A stretch of 64,000 nt of DNA from an uncultured Phycisphaerales bacterium (GCA_963758525.1 CAVWVQ010000003.1:2496001-2560000); one strand, 5' to 3'; counted from the stretch's first letter, positions 41,224 through 51,047 are shown. The notes: generated by a model from the sequence alone, not told the origin. Translations and numbers: made by a program.

Positions 41224-41766
41224 ATGAACATGAAGAACCGTACAACTTATTGGATTCTCGCGGGTTTCGCCCTGACGCTTGCCGGCGGCTGCTCCCATCA
41301 GGAGACCGACGCGGAAAAAGGGTACGCCCACGGAGAAGAGTATCTCCCCGACGGCACCTATCACGATGAAGTAAAATTCATCGAGATCACCGTTGCCAAC
41401 GGCGCCCGCGCCGACGGCACGCTGCGCCCGGTCCACTTTACCGGCGATGCGCTCAACTCGCTGGGCATGAAGAAACTGGACTACATGCTCGCCGCGGACA
41501 CCGGATCGGCGACGACGCTGACCGTCTACATCGATCTGCCCAAGAGCGACCCCGCGTTTGCCAAGCGGCAGGATTCGGTCAGCTCTTATCTGAAGACAAA
41601 GGGTCTCAAGGACGAGCAGATTGCCCTGGTTGACGGCCCCAACGTCAAGTACGCGGTCCCCGCCGCCCAGGGATCCAAGGCCCTCGATACGTTCAACTCC
41701 AACGACGGAGCTTTTGCCGTCGAGAGCGGCGGCAGCTCCAGCGGAAGCGCCGGCGGCGGCCACTAA
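41224..41766 (+). CDS. Lipoprotein at the end of the Tad operon (possibly CpaD-like)
   Basis: Lipobox LAGGC after a basic/hydrophobic signal; RQDSVSSYLKTKGLKDEQI resembles the R..V..YL...G...I helix of OmpA-like/CpaD domains. Confidence 0.6.
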   Translation: MNMKNRTTYWILAGFALTLAGGCSHQETDAEKGYAHGEEYLPDGTYHDEVKFIEITVANGARADGTLRPVHFTGDALNSLGMKKLDYMLAADTGSATTLTVYIDLPKSDPAFAKRQDSVSSYLKTKGLKDEQIALVDGPNVKYAVPAAQGSKALDTFNSNDGAFAVESGGSSSGSAGGGH

Positions 41767-41800
41767 TCGCACTCTTCCGGAGCGCGAGAGAATTACACCC

Positions 41801-41833
41801 CACGCGGGCAGATCAAACCGATCTGCCCGCGTG
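41801..41833 (+). terminator. Hairpin ending the Tad operon
   Basis: CACGCGGGCAGATC-AAACC-GATCTGCCCGCGTG perfect 14-bp stem; weak U-tract. Confidence 0.65.
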
Positions 41834-41908
41834 TGTTGGTATTGACGGAGGGAGGCAGAAAGGTGATCGCAACAAATATGGCTCAGACCCTTCGACGGCC
41901 TTCAGCTG

Positions 41909-41971
41909 AGGGTTCAGGGTGTCAGGGTTCAGGGGAAAGCTGAGCCACTGAACCCTGAGACCCTGAACCCT
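41909..41971. repeat. GGGTTCA-heptamer inverted element
   Basis: GGGTTCA-GGGTGTCA-GGGTTCA-GGGG ... CTGAACCCTGAGACCCTGAACCCT. Confidence 0.75.
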
Positions 41972-42093
41972 CGTTCGACCCCGGAATTCTTCCCTCGTTT
42001 CGTCCGTCTAGGATTTTTCGGCGTATAACTCTCTGGAATTGTCTAACGAACTCAAAAAAGGTAAACATACGACTTGGTCTGCCGAGTCGAGCC

Positions 42094-42705
42094 ATGACAA
42101 AAGTCGACATCCCATCCTCAATGCAGGATTTCTCGCCCATAGCGCAGGCGCCGTCGCCCGCGAAATCTTCCAGCCTGGAAAGGCTTTACGACCGGATCGA
42201 GGCGTTCGTCAGCCGGCTGTCGGTTCGCGATAATTTCTGGCACAGCATCTGTTCACTGATCTGGTTGCCGCTGGCGTTCTTCAGCGGCATCCGGATGAAG
42301 CAGTTCGATCCCAATAGTTTTGCCGCGGTGCTCCCGTTCCGTCGTTTCAATCGCAACTGGTACCGCGCCATGGCCGGCGGGGCACTCCTGGCCAACTCAG
42401 AGATCGCCGGCGGGATGTATGTCTTTGGCGTCTGCGGCGGGGATTACGCCGTGGTCTGCAAGCATTTGGAATACAAGTTCCTCCGCCCCTGTCTCGGTCC
42501 TGCCGTCTATCGCATGACCCCGCGGGAGAACATCGCGGCGATGCTTGCCACCGGCGGCGAGTTCAATATCACGCTCGATCTGGAAGTGCAGCAGCAGGGA
42601 TTCCGTCCCAACGAACGCGACCGTCGCGTCGGCCAGGCCGTCGCAACGTTCCATGTAACCCCCAAGTCGCAGATTAAGAACAGACAAGCGAGAAAAGCCC
42701 GATAG
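42094..42705 (+). CDS. Hotdog-fold thioesterase-like protein (DUF4442/YiiD-like)
   Basis: PLAFFSGIRM, NRNWYRAMAGGALL, VVCKHLEYKFLRP, VATFHV. Confidence 0.65.
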   Translation: MTKVDIPSSMQDFSPIAQAPSPAKSSSLERLYDRIEAFVSRLSVRDNFWHSICSLIWLPLAFFSGIRMKQFDPNSFAAVLPFRRFNRNWYRAMAGGALLANSEIAGGMYVFGVCGGDYAVVCKHLEYKFLRPCLGPAVYRMTPRENIAAMLATGGEFNITLDLEVQQQGFRPNERDRRVGQAVATFHVTPKSQIKNRQARKAR

Positions 42706-42735
42706 CAGGACCTTTCAGAACTTCGAGCGATTTAC

Positions 42736-42852
42736 CCCCTCTCCCGGTACCCCGGGAGTGGGCAGGGGTGAGGGTGATTTTGAACGTCCGGCGTCGTTGG
42801 TCCTCGAAATTCCCCCCACCCCAGCCCTCCCCCGGACTATCAGGGGAGGGGG
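42736..42852. repeat. REP-like doublet (CCCCTCTCCC...GGGTGAGGG family)
   Basis: CCCCTCTCCCGGTACCCCGGGAGTGGGCAGGGGTGAGGG and the inverted CCCCCACCCCAGCCCTCCCCCGGACTATCAGGGGAGGGG; a partial third copy is at 52688-52714. Confidence 0.75.
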
Positions 42853-42868
42853 AAGGAATCCCCTGACC

Positions 42869-44035
42869 GTGTCGCGCCCCGCACGTTCCGGTATCGCCTG
42901 GTCTGCGTTTCTCGGTGTTTCGTGGACGTGGTGCATCGGCATGTTTCTGCCGGTGCTGCTCGTCCGCGACTATGGCATCGCAGGATTCCTCGTCTTTGCG
43001 ATTCCCAACGTGATCGGCGCCGCCGCGATGGGCAAGATCCTGCCCGACGCGCAGAGCAGCCGGCGGTTCGTCCATCGCCATCGTGCGGCCTGCGCGGCTT
43101 TCTCGGCCGTCACCATTTTGTTTCACGTCTTCTTTGTCGCGTGGATCATTCAATCGCTGATTGGTCCGATCGCTTTTGCGATTACCGCCGTCAGCCTGGC
43201 GATCCTGCTCGTCATCTTCGCCAGTGAGCAATGGACTATCGTCACCTCGTGGCTGGTCCTGTGTGCTTCTCTGATTGCGTTTGCGTTCGTCCGGTGGCGA
43301 GTGCCATGGGCGATGCAGCAGGTTCATCTCCTCGGCAACGCACCCGCGACGAACTTGCTCGGCCTCGCCCCGGTTTGCGTGGTCGGATTTTTTCTCGATC
43401 CCTATCTCGATCTCACCTTCCATCGCGCCCGCCAGGCCACCAGCCCGCGCGGCGGCGAGGTTGCCTTTGCGGTGGGATTCGGCGGTTGCTTTGCATCCAT
43501 GATTCTCTTCACACTCTGGTACGCCCATCTGTTGGGCCGATCAGAATTGCATGTCCTGCCTGGTCCGATCGCATGGGTGATTGCGCTGCACATGAGCGTT
43601 CAAAGCGCGTTTACCATTGCCGCGCACGCGCGGTCTTTGGCGATGGAATGGTCGCCGGCAACGTGCCTCGGAACAGTCCTCGGCGCGGCCGCCGAGGTCT
43701 CGGTGGTGATTTGCTGTTTACTGGTTGTGGGCGGCACTTCATCGGAAACGATGTACAGAGCGTTGATGGGCTTCTACGGCCTGGTTTTCCCCGCGTACCT
43801 CTGGATTTGTCCGCGAGGAACGTCTCGCCGCGGATTGACGACCTGCGCCGTCGCGGTCGCAGCGGCAGCGCCCCTGTTCTGGCTCGGCTTTATCGAGAGT
43901 CGAATGCTCTGGCTGATTCCCGGAATTGCGATCGTTCTGATCGCCCGCCTCCTCACATCGGCTGACCCGCCTCCAAATGCTCAAACCGCGGCCCCCAGTT
44001 CTTCTCCGCATGCCGCATCCACACATGCACCGTGA
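42869..44035 (+). CDS. Polytopic membrane protein, possibly solute-symporter-like
   Basis: About 11-12 hydrophobic segments; SWTWCIGMFLP, AIPNVIGAAAMG, PYLDLTFHRA; GTG start chosen downstream of the REP element. Confidence 0.6.
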   Translation: MSRPARSGIAWSAFLGVSWTWCIGMFLPVLLVRDYGIAGFLVFAIPNVIGAAAMGKILPDAQSSRRFVHRHRAACAAFSAVTILFHVFFVAWIIQSLIGPIAFAITAVSLAILLVIFASEQWTIVTSWLVLCASLIAFAFVRWRVPWAMQQVHLLGNAPATNLLGLAPVCVVGFFLDPYLDLTFHRARQATSPRGGEVAFAVGFGGCFASMILFTLWYAHLLGRSELHVLPGPIAWVIALHMSVQSAFTIAAHARSLAMEWSPATCLGTVLGAAAEVSVVICCLLVVGGTSSETMYRALMGFYGLVFPAYLWICPRGTSRRGLTTCAVAVAAAAPLFWLGFIESRMLWLIPGIAIVLIARLLTSADPPPNAQTAAPSSSPHAASTHAP

Positions 44036-44504
44036 GCACAAATCCCGCCACGAAGACCAGAAGCGCCAGCGCCGTGAACCAATGATGCGGGCGAAACCGC
44101 CGCAGCGCCGGCGCGGCTGCGATGAGTGCGAACAAAGCGCCAATAATGACCACCGCGTCAAAGCTCGCCCGCTGCCAGTATGAGCCGCCCAGGTGCAGCC
44201 ACATTCCGAATTCGTCGAACGTCAGCGCCAACCCGACGCCGTACATCAGCGACGCGATCGTCAGCGCGTCACCTCTCGGCTGACTCAGCAGCAGAAACGC
44301 TCCGACAAAGCTCAGCAGAAAAATGCCGTAGTTGAGGTGGTGTACGTGGGTCTCGCCAACGTGGGCGTACAGATCGGGAATCTTCCGGGCCATGATGAGA
44401 TACACGAGCATGCGCGCGATCATGAACGTGAAGAGAAACGCGACAAGAATCTCGCGAGCGCGGATCACCGCTTCCGGGCGGGTGCGGACTTGGCTGCTGG
44501 GCAT
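43953..44504 (-). CDS. Conserved hypothetical integral membrane protein
   Basis: FLFTFMIAR, HVHHLNYGIFLL, YGVGLALTFDEFGMWLHL, YWQRASFDAV; TACGAT -10 lies 6 nt upstream of ATG. Confidence 0.7.
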   Translation of the reverse strand: MPSSQVRTRPEAVIRAREILVAFLFTFMIARMLVYLIMARKIPDLYAHVGETHVHHLNYGIFLLSFVGAFLLLSQPRGDALTIASLMYGVGLALTFDEFGMWLHLGGSYWQRASFDAVVIIGALFALIAAAPALRRFRPHHWFTALALLVFVAGFVLTVHVWMRHAEKNWGPRFEHLEAGQPM

Positions 44505-44572
44505 CTCCAGATCGTAATCGATCGGCAGGGCTATCTGAAAATACGCGGTGTTTTCAGGCCGGGGATCCTGGG

Positions 44573-44698
44573 AATTGCAAATTGCAAATTGAGGATTGCA
44601 AATATTGCAAATTGCAAATCGAAAGCAAGAATCGCGTCGCGCCTGTCGTCCCTTCCCCCATTTTGCAATTTGCAATCCCCAATTTGCAATCCTCAATT
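44573..44698. repeat. TTGCAAA-heptamer inverted element
   Basis: GAATTGCAAATTGCAAATTGAGGATTGCAAATATTGCAAATTGCAAAT ... TTTTGCAATTTGCAATCCCCAATTTGCAATCCTCAATTC. Confidence 0.8.
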
Positions 44699-44710
44699 CC
44701 CCCCGTCTTC

Positions 44711-46600
44711 CTATCCGGCCACCGGCGTCCCCACCGCCGCCACCTCCCCAAAGGACTGCCTCTGCCTTTCCACCATCTCGTAATAGAGCCCCCGGCGTTC
44801 CATCAGCTCGTCGTGTTTTCCGACCTCACGGATCGCGCCGTCTTCCATCGCAACGATGATGTCGGCATGCGTCACGGTGCTCAGCCGATGGGCAATGACA
44901 AACGTGGTCCTGCTTTTGAGCAGCTCGGCCAGCGCGAGCTGGATGAGTTGCTCGCTTTCGGTGTCGAGATTGCTCGTCGCTTCATCGAGAATCAAAATTA
45001 ACGGATCTGCGAGGATCGCGCGGGCGATGCTGAGGCGTTGGCGCTGTCCGCCCGAGAGCTTGAACCCGCGCTCGCCGATGAGCGTCTCGTAGCCGTCGGG
45101 GAGTTGTGAGATGAAGCCATGCGCATTGGCGCGGCGGGCGGCATCGATCACTTCCTCACTGCTCGCGCCGCGCCGGCCGTAGGCGATGTTCTGACTCACC
45201 GTCCCGTCGAAGAGAAAGACATCCTGCGGCACGACTGCCAGCAGGCTGCGGTACGTCTTGAGCCGAAGCTTGCGCAGATCGATGCCGTTGAGCAGGATAC
45301 GGCCGCTGGTTGGATCGTGAAATCGGGCGACCAGATCGGTCAGCGTGGTCTTTCCGGCGCCGCTGGGGCCGACCAGCGCGACGACAGATCCGCCCGGCAC
45401 GTTCAGCGTAAAATCGCGGATGACAGGCACATTCTCGCGATACTCAAAGTTGACATGGTCGAAACGCATTTCGCGCATCACGCGCGGCGCGTCTTGCGCA
45501 TCGAGCGCGTCGGGCTTATCCTCCGGCATCTCCATCGCCTCGAAAACGCGCTCCATCGCCGCCAGCGATTTCTGCGTCTGACTGACCGACGAGACGATCG
45601 CCCACACCGGCTGCAGCAATTGCACGATGTACACATTGAACGCGAAGATGTCGCCAATCCTGATCAGATGTCGCAAGTAGAGCCGCCCGCCGTACCAGAC
45701 GACGGTGAGGACCGTCGCTGGGATCAGCACGCCCCAGGCGCCCTCGAGCACCATTTCGAGGCGCTCGGCAAAGAGACGCTTGCGGATGATCGTATGGTGC
45801 CCGACCGCGTACGAGCGTTCCTCGTGCGGCTCGCGCCGGAACGAGCGAACCACGCGGATCCCGCCAAACGTTTCATTGACTCGGGCGTCGATCTCGGTGC
45901 GATCGGCCTGTGTCGAGCGATAAATCGGCCGGACGCGCCGCAGCCAGTAGAAGCTGATCGCAGCGATGGGAGGCAGAATAATCAGCGCCGCGACAGCCAG
46001 CTGCCAGCTCAGCGCGAACAGCACGCCGATCGTCAGCACGACGCGGATCGCGGCCACGCCGGGGCTGATCAGCGCCATCTGGATCAATCCGCTGACACTT
46101 TCCACATCACTGGAGAGCCGCGAGACAATCCCGCCGGCTTTCATCTCCGCCAGGTCTGACATGGGCAGATGCAGAAGCCGCTCGAAAAGCCGATGACGAA
46201 GGCGAAACGTCACCTTTGAGTTCAGGACGGTTGTTCGATACCCGCGGTAGGAATCCAGTCCCTGCTTCACGAGCAGAATGACGACGATCGCCGCGCCGTA
46301 AATGTTCAGCAGATGAATTTTGTGCGCGTAAGGCTTCTCCGCGCCAAGCAGATCGATGACTGCCTTGAGCGCCAACGGCCAGACCAGATCGAGACCCGAC
46401 GTCACCACGGCGACGAGAAAGACGGCCAACAGCGCAAAGCGGTACGGCCAGAGCCAGCGGGCGTAGAGCCGCCGAAAATGCTTCCGCTGTGCTTTCTCGG
46501 CGCACGGCGCGCTGTCGCCGTGATTCGGAAGCAGCGGATTGCGCTGCCGAAGCTTGCGGAACTCCTCTTCTCGTTGTCGCGAAGACGGATGGTGTCTCAT
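44711..46600 (-). CDS. ABC exporter, fused TMD-NBD (MsbA/MdlB-like)
   Basis: Six-TM domain, GPSGAGKTT, LSGGQRQR, ILDEATSNLD, IAHRLST. Confidence 0.93.
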   Translation of the reverse strand: MRHHPSSRQREEEFRKLRQRNPLLPNHGDSAPCAEKAQRKHFRRLYARWLWPYRFALLAVFLVAVVTSGLDLVWPLALKAVIDLLGAEKPYAHKIHLLNIYGAAIVVILLVKQGLDSYRGYRTTVLNSKVTFRLRHRLFERLLHLPMSDLAEMKAGGIVSRLSSDVESVSGLIQMALISPGVAAIRVVLTIGVLFALSWQLAVAALIILPPIAAISFYWLRRVRPIYRSTQADRTEIDARVNETFGGIRVVRSFRREPHEERSYAVGHHTIIRKRLFAERLEMVLEGAWGVLIPATVLTVVWYGGRLYLRHLIRIGDIFAFNVYIVQLLQPVWAIVSSVSQTQKSLAAMERVFEAMEMPEDKPDALDAQDAPRVMREMRFDHVNFEYRENVPVIRDFTLNVPGGSVVALVGPSGAGKTTLTDLVARFHDPTSGRILLNGIDLRKLRLKTYRSLLAVVPQDVFLFDGTVSQNIAYGRRGASSEEVIDAARRANAHGFISQLPDGYETLIGERGFKLSGGQRQRLSIARAILADPLILILDEATSNLDTESEQLIQLALAELLKSRTTFVIAHRLSTVTHADIIVAMEDGAIREVGKHDELMERRGLYYEMVERQRQSFGEVAAVGTPVAG

Positions 46601-46773
46601 CGTTTCGCACAAGTGTAGGCGCACCGTCGGCGAGTTGCCGCGCCGCGTGCATAACGCGCCTTCCCTCCTTCCCTGGTACTTCGCGCTGCCCAGAAAGCAT
46701 GAAAACGCCCGTGGACACCTGCGAGTCAAGCTTGTAGCTTGCCTCAACCGCGAATCCGAAGAGGCTTACGCTG

Positions 46774-48045
46774 ATGCCAAATCCGTTGCCCCGAGTTGTG
46801 ATCATCGGCGGCGGCTTCGCCGGGCTCAACGCAGCCCGGGCGCTGGCCGAGGCGCCGGTGCGCGTCACGCTGATCGATCGTCGCAATCATCATTTGTTTC
46901 AGCCGTTGCTGTACCAGGTCGCCACCGCCGCCCTGAGCCCCAGCGACATCGCCTCGCCGATCCGTCGGATTCTGCGCAATCAGGAAAATGTCGAGGTCCT
47001 GCTGGCCGAGGCGAAATCGATCGATCTGGCCGCGAAGAGCGTGGTGCTGGACGCCGGCGCGATGCCGTACGACTACCTGATCGTCGCGACCGGCGCCCGC
47101 CATTCCTATTTCGGCCACGATGAGTGGGCGAGCGTGGCGCCGGGGTTGAAAAGCGTCTCCGACGCGCTGGAAATTCGCAGGCGAATCCTTTCCGCGTTCG
47201 AGATGGCCGAGCGCGAAGTCGACCCCGAGAAGCGAAAGATCTGGCTGACGTTTGTGATCGTCGGCGGAGGCCCTACCGGCGTCGAACTTTCCGGCGCGCT
47301 CTGCGACATCGCGCATCACGCGCTGGCGAAGGACTTTCGCAACATCGATCCGAAACAGGCGCACATTATTTTGCTGGAAGGGGAGGATCGGCTGCTGCCG
47401 AGCTATCCGCCGGAACTCTGTGAAAAGGCGCGCAAGCAGCTTGTTCATCTGGGAGTGGACGTTCGCACCGGACAACGCGTCACGAATATCGACGCAGAGG
47501 GCGTGAACGTCGGCGACATGCGGATCCCCGCGCGCACCGTGCTCTGGGGCGCCGGCGTGCAGGGCTCCGGGCTGGGCCGGGCTCTTGAGGCGCCGCATGA
47601 CAAAGCCGGACGCGTGCTCGTGGAGCCCGAGCTTTCAATCCCCGGCCATCCGGAGGTCTTTGTTGTCGGCGATCTCGCCAGTCTCAAGATCGACGGCAAA
47701 CCCGTGCCCGGCGTCGCGCAGGCCGCGCTGCAGGAGGGGAAGCACGCCGCCGGTAACATCCTGCATTTAGTTGCGGTCGAGCCGACCGAAAAGTTCGTCT
47801 ATCACGACAAAGGATCGCTGGCCACCATCGGCCGCTCCGCGGCGGTCGCGGATCTTGGCAAAATTAAACTCTCCGGCCCCATCGCCTGGGTGATCTGGGC
47901 CTTCGTTCACATTCTCTTCCTGGTCGGGTTCCGCAACCGGATGCTGGTCTTGATTCAGTGGGCGTGGTCGTTCATTTCCTACGACCGCGGCGCAAGGCTC
48001 ATCACCGGTCCGTTACAATCGAATCCGCCGGCGCCGAAAACGTGA
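46774..48045 (+). CDS. ndh: Type II NADH dehydrogenase
   Basis: VIIGGGFAG, FQPLLYQVATA, IVGGGPTGVELSG, VFVVGD, PGVAQAALQEG, YHDKGSLATIGR. Confidence 0.93.
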   Translation: MPNPLPRVVIIGGGFAGLNAARALAEAPVRVTLIDRRNHHLFQPLLYQVATAALSPSDIASPIRRILRNQENVEVLLAEAKSIDLAAKSVVLDAGAMPYDYLIVATGARHSYFGHDEWASVAPGLKSVSDALEIRRRILSAFEMAEREVDPEKRKIWLTFVIVGGGPTGVELSGALCDIAHHALAKDFRNIDPKQAHIILLEGEDRLLPSYPPELCEKARKQLVHLGVDVRTGQRVTNIDAEGVNVGDMRIPARTVLWGAGVQGSGLGRALEAPHDKAGRVLVEPELSIPGHPEVFVVGDLASLKIDGKPVPGVAQAALQEGKHAAGNILHLVAVEPTEKFVYHDKGSLATIGRSAAVADLGKIKLSGPIAWVIWAFVHILFLVGFRNRMLVLIQWAWSFISYDRGARLITGPLQSNPPAPKT

Positions 48046-48048
48046 ACC

Positions 48049-48073
48049 TGGTGATTGGTGATTGGAACGTGAC
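48049..48073 (+). repeat. GGTGATT-heptamer element, identical to a 25-mer inside nadA
   Basis: TGGTGATTGGTGATTGGAACGTGAC occurs at both 48049-48073 and 12676-12700. Confidence 0.9.
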
Positions 48074-48124
48074 AAAGGCAAGTGAAACGTGCTAAAGCGA
48101 CCGTGGGCCAGCTCATGATCAGGC

Positions 48125-48340
48125 TCATTGGCTGCGGATGACTTTTAGGACCCGAAAATCATCCTTCGCGATCAACACACGCGCACCTCCGCCCAGTATG
48201 TCTGCTCGCGGAATGAACTCGAAGATCCAATGATCGCCTTGATCGTCCACGGTTACCTCATCGTCGCGATCGGCAGCATCTGCGGCGGCGTTGCGGGCAG
48301 CTTGGAGTCCTTCGAGAAGCGGATTCAATTGCAAGATCAT
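48125..48340 (-). CDS. NTF2-fold immunity-like protein (Imm-NTF2-2-like)
   Basis: 71 aa; WIFEFIPRADILGGGARVLIAKDDFRVLKVIRSQ fits the W.V......GG...V.I.K.D..VL pattern; ATGA overlap with the upstream JAB gene. Confidence 0.6.
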   Translation of the reverse strand: MILQLNPLLEGLQAARNAAADAADRDDEVTVDDQGDHWIFEFIPRADILGGGARVLIAKDDFRVLKVIRSQ

Positions 48341-48725
48341 GTTGCTAGAACCTCAGCGTGTTTTCCGAGCACGGAGACGGTTGCGCTCGCATCAATCTTA
48401 TAGATAAACATCCGGCTAATCACTATTCCTTGCAGCTTTCGACGCCCATGCCAACGCCGATCGGATTCGCTCGGACCCTGCTCCCATTGTTGTCCGGTTT
48501 CATCAACGGGAGGGTTTGGGTGAGTGTGAAACGTGGCAACCACGACTCTGTTACCATCGCAATTTCGGACATCCAGTGGGAGTGGCGTGATGCGGAATTG
48601 TAGAGGTCGGGATTCAATAGAATATATCCGCCCTCCTCGTGACGATTTGCCGGGTCATCGGGCTGGAACTGCCGCCATGCCCGGCCGATCTCGGCGACAA
48701 TCGCGGGGTCCGCCAACGGATTCAA
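48337..48725 (-). pseudogene. JAB/MPN-like toxin domain, frameshifted near 48600
   Basis: From TTG 48725 (GGAG upstream): NPLADPAIVAEIGRAW...RHEEGGYIL. In another frame: QFRITPLPLD...VATFHTHPNPP...QGPSESDRR. Together these give the E...HxH...S..D JAMM motif. Confidence 0.65.
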
Positions 48726-48777
48726 GACATTCTCCGAATGATCCAAGCAGACGCTCTTGAGCACCGCGGGTTCGCGC

Positions 48778-50103
48778 TTACATATGCTTGATCATCTCCG
48801 ACGCAAACTCGCTGCACTTGATCTCCGTCGCACCGGTCATCTGCCGGGCGAAGTCATACGTCACCGTCTTGGCGGCGATCGTCTCTTCGAGGCTTTCGAT
48901 GATGAGGTTGGCGACTTCCTGCCAACCGAGGTGCTCGAACATCATCACGCCGGAGAGAATCACGCTGCCGGGGTTGACCCTGTCCTGATTGGCGTATTTA
49001 GGCGCGGTGCCGTGCGTGGCTTCAAAAACGGCATGGCCGGTGATGTAGTTGATGTTCCCGCCGGGGGCGATGCCTATGCCGCCCACTTGCGCAGCCAAGG
49101 CGTCGGAAAGATAGTCGCCGTTGAGATTGAGTGTCGCGATGACGTCAAAATCTTCGGGACGCGTCAGCACCTGCTGCAGCGTGATGTCGGCGATCGCATC
49201 CTTGATGATGATTCCCGCGCCGCGTTTTCCTTCGGGGATTTTGCACCACGGGCCGCCGTCGATTTCGACGGCGCCAAAGGCGTCCTTCGCGACCTCATAT
49301 CCCCAGTCGCGGAACGCGCCCTCGGTGAACTTCATGATGTTCCCCTTGTGCACGATGGTGACGCTCTTGCGCTTGTGGTTGATGGCAAATTCAATGGCCG
49401 CGTAAATCAGCCGCTGCGTCCCCATCTTGCTGACCGGCTTGATGCCAATGCCAACCGTCACCGGCAATTCGGGCGAGCCGGACGGCATCGCCGAGCGGGC
49501 AAACTCGGTGGTCTTTGCCACGGTTCCAAAGCGTATTTTCCCGAAGGCCTTTGGATCGTTCTGCTGAATGAAGTCGAGAATCTTCTGCGCTTCAGGCGTG
49601 CCGCCGGCGTATTCGATGCCGGCATAAATATCTTCCGTGTTCTCGCGAAAGATGGTCATGTTCACCTTTTCCGGATGCTTCACCGGCGAAGGCACGCCTG
49701 CGAAGTATTGCACCGGCCGCAGACAGACATAGAGATCGAGCATCTGCCGCAGCGCGACGTTGAGCGAACGAATGCCGCCGCCGACCGGAGTGGTCAGCGG
49801 CCCCTTGATGCCGACCAGATACGAGCGGAACGCGCTCACGGTGTCATCGGGGAGCCAGTTGTTGAATTTCTTAAACGCCTTTTCGCCGGCATAGACTTCC
49901 ATCCACGCGACGTGCTTTTTGTCACCGAAGACTTTCGCAACCGCGGCGTCAAAGACGCGGACGCTCGCCTTCCAAATATCCGGCCCCGTCCCATCACCCT
50001 CGATAAACGGGATGATCGGTCGATCCGGCACGCTCAACTTCCCGTTGATCAGGGTGATCGGCTGCCCATTGGCCGGCGCAACAACGTCTTTAAACTCAGG
50101 CAT
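48778..50103 (-). CDS. icd: NADP-dependent isocitrate dehydrogenase
   Basis: [81 protein letters not shown]. Confidence 0.97.
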   Translation of the reverse strand: MPEFKDVVAPANGQPITLINGKLSVPDRPIIPFIEGDGTGPDIWKASVRVFDAAVAKVFGDKKHVAWMEVYAGEKAFKKFNNWLPDDTVSAFRSYLVGIKGPLTTPVGGGIRSLNVALRQMLDLYVCLRPVQYFAGVPSPVKHPEKVNMTIFRENTEDIYAGIEYAGGTPEAQKILDFIQQNDPKAFGKIRFGTVAKTTEFARSAMPSGSPELPVTVGIGIKPVSKMGTQRLIYAAIEFAINHKRKSVTIVHKGNIMKFTEGAFRDWGYEVAKDAFGAVEIDGGPWCKIPEGKRGAGIIIKDAIADITLQQVLTRPEDFDVIATLNLNGDYLSDALAAQVGGIGIAPGGNINYITGHAVFEATHGTAPKYANQDRVNPGSVILSGVMMFEHLGWQEVANLIIESLEETIAAKTVTYDFARQMTGATEIKCSEFASEMIKHM

Positions 50104-50199
50104 CTCGCGGCTCCTTCTTGGTGATTGCGGATCGTAAAAGAATCTGAATGGAGAAGCCAGAAGCAAGCGATCTGAGATCTCAAATTTGAGATTCGGCAC

Positions 50200-51047
50200 T
50201 CACCCTTCGCCATGATTTTTCGTCGGCCGATCATCGGCGTCGTACGCCTGCTCTGAATCTTCCCCTTTCACCTCGATGCGCTCGATCGAAATCGCCCGGC
50301 CGGTCGTCTCGTCAACTTCCGCCAGCGCCCGCACATGCGCACGTCGCCGGTGGCGACGTCAAACGGGTGCGGCATTCCCGTGCTCATGAATTTCACGACG
50401 CGGTCCTTGCGCCGGCCGAGCACTGAGTCGTACGGCCCGCACATGCCCAGATCGCTGATGAACGCGGTCCCGCCGGGAAGAATCTTTGCGTCGGCAGTGG
50501 GAATGTGCGTATGCGTGCCAAAGACCACCGAGCAGCGGCCGTCCATCCAATGCCCCAGGGCGACTTTCTCGCTCGACGCCTCGGCATGCACATCGCATAC
50601 GCAAACCTTCACTCCCGCTGGCAACCCATTGAGAATCTTGTCGGTGGCGGCAAACGGATCGTCGGCGGGGAGATTCATGAAGATGCGCCCGAGCACGCAG
50701 AAGACCGCGATTTGCACGCCGGAATTGGTCGTTACAATCGTTTGGGTTCGTCCCGCCGCCGTCGCGGCCAGATTGGCCGGCCGCACCATCCGCTCCGTCG
50801 ATTGCATCGTGGGGATGATTTCGTTGCGACGGTAAACGTGATCCCCGAGTGTGACGACGTCGATGCCGTACGAACGAATCTTGTGAAACAGATTGGAGGT
50901 GATTCCGCTGCCGCCCGCGATGTTCTCTGCGTTCGCAACTACCAGATCAACGTTTCGCTCGCGAATCAACGCCGGTAGCCGCTGATGTACAACCTGACGT
51001 CCCGGCCGACCGACGATGTCTCCGAGGCACAAAATGCGCACAGGCAT
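50200..51047 (-). CDS. ymdB: YmdB-family metallophosphoesterase (1-bp frameshift near 50330)
   Basis: LGDIVGRPGR, NAENIAGG, TLGDH, DVHAEASSEK, GTHTHIPTAD, DLGMCGPYDSVLG. One extra G gives CGALAEVDETTGRAISIERI...*. Confidence 0.9.

Noticed and set aside
42758..42868. N-terminal extensions of ORFs through repeat elements (also 44505-44696, 50104-50199, 51048-51386, 51016-51369)
   Set aside because: The extensions translate repeat or intergenic DNA; better starts with -10 or RBS signals and family-typical N-termini lie downstream.
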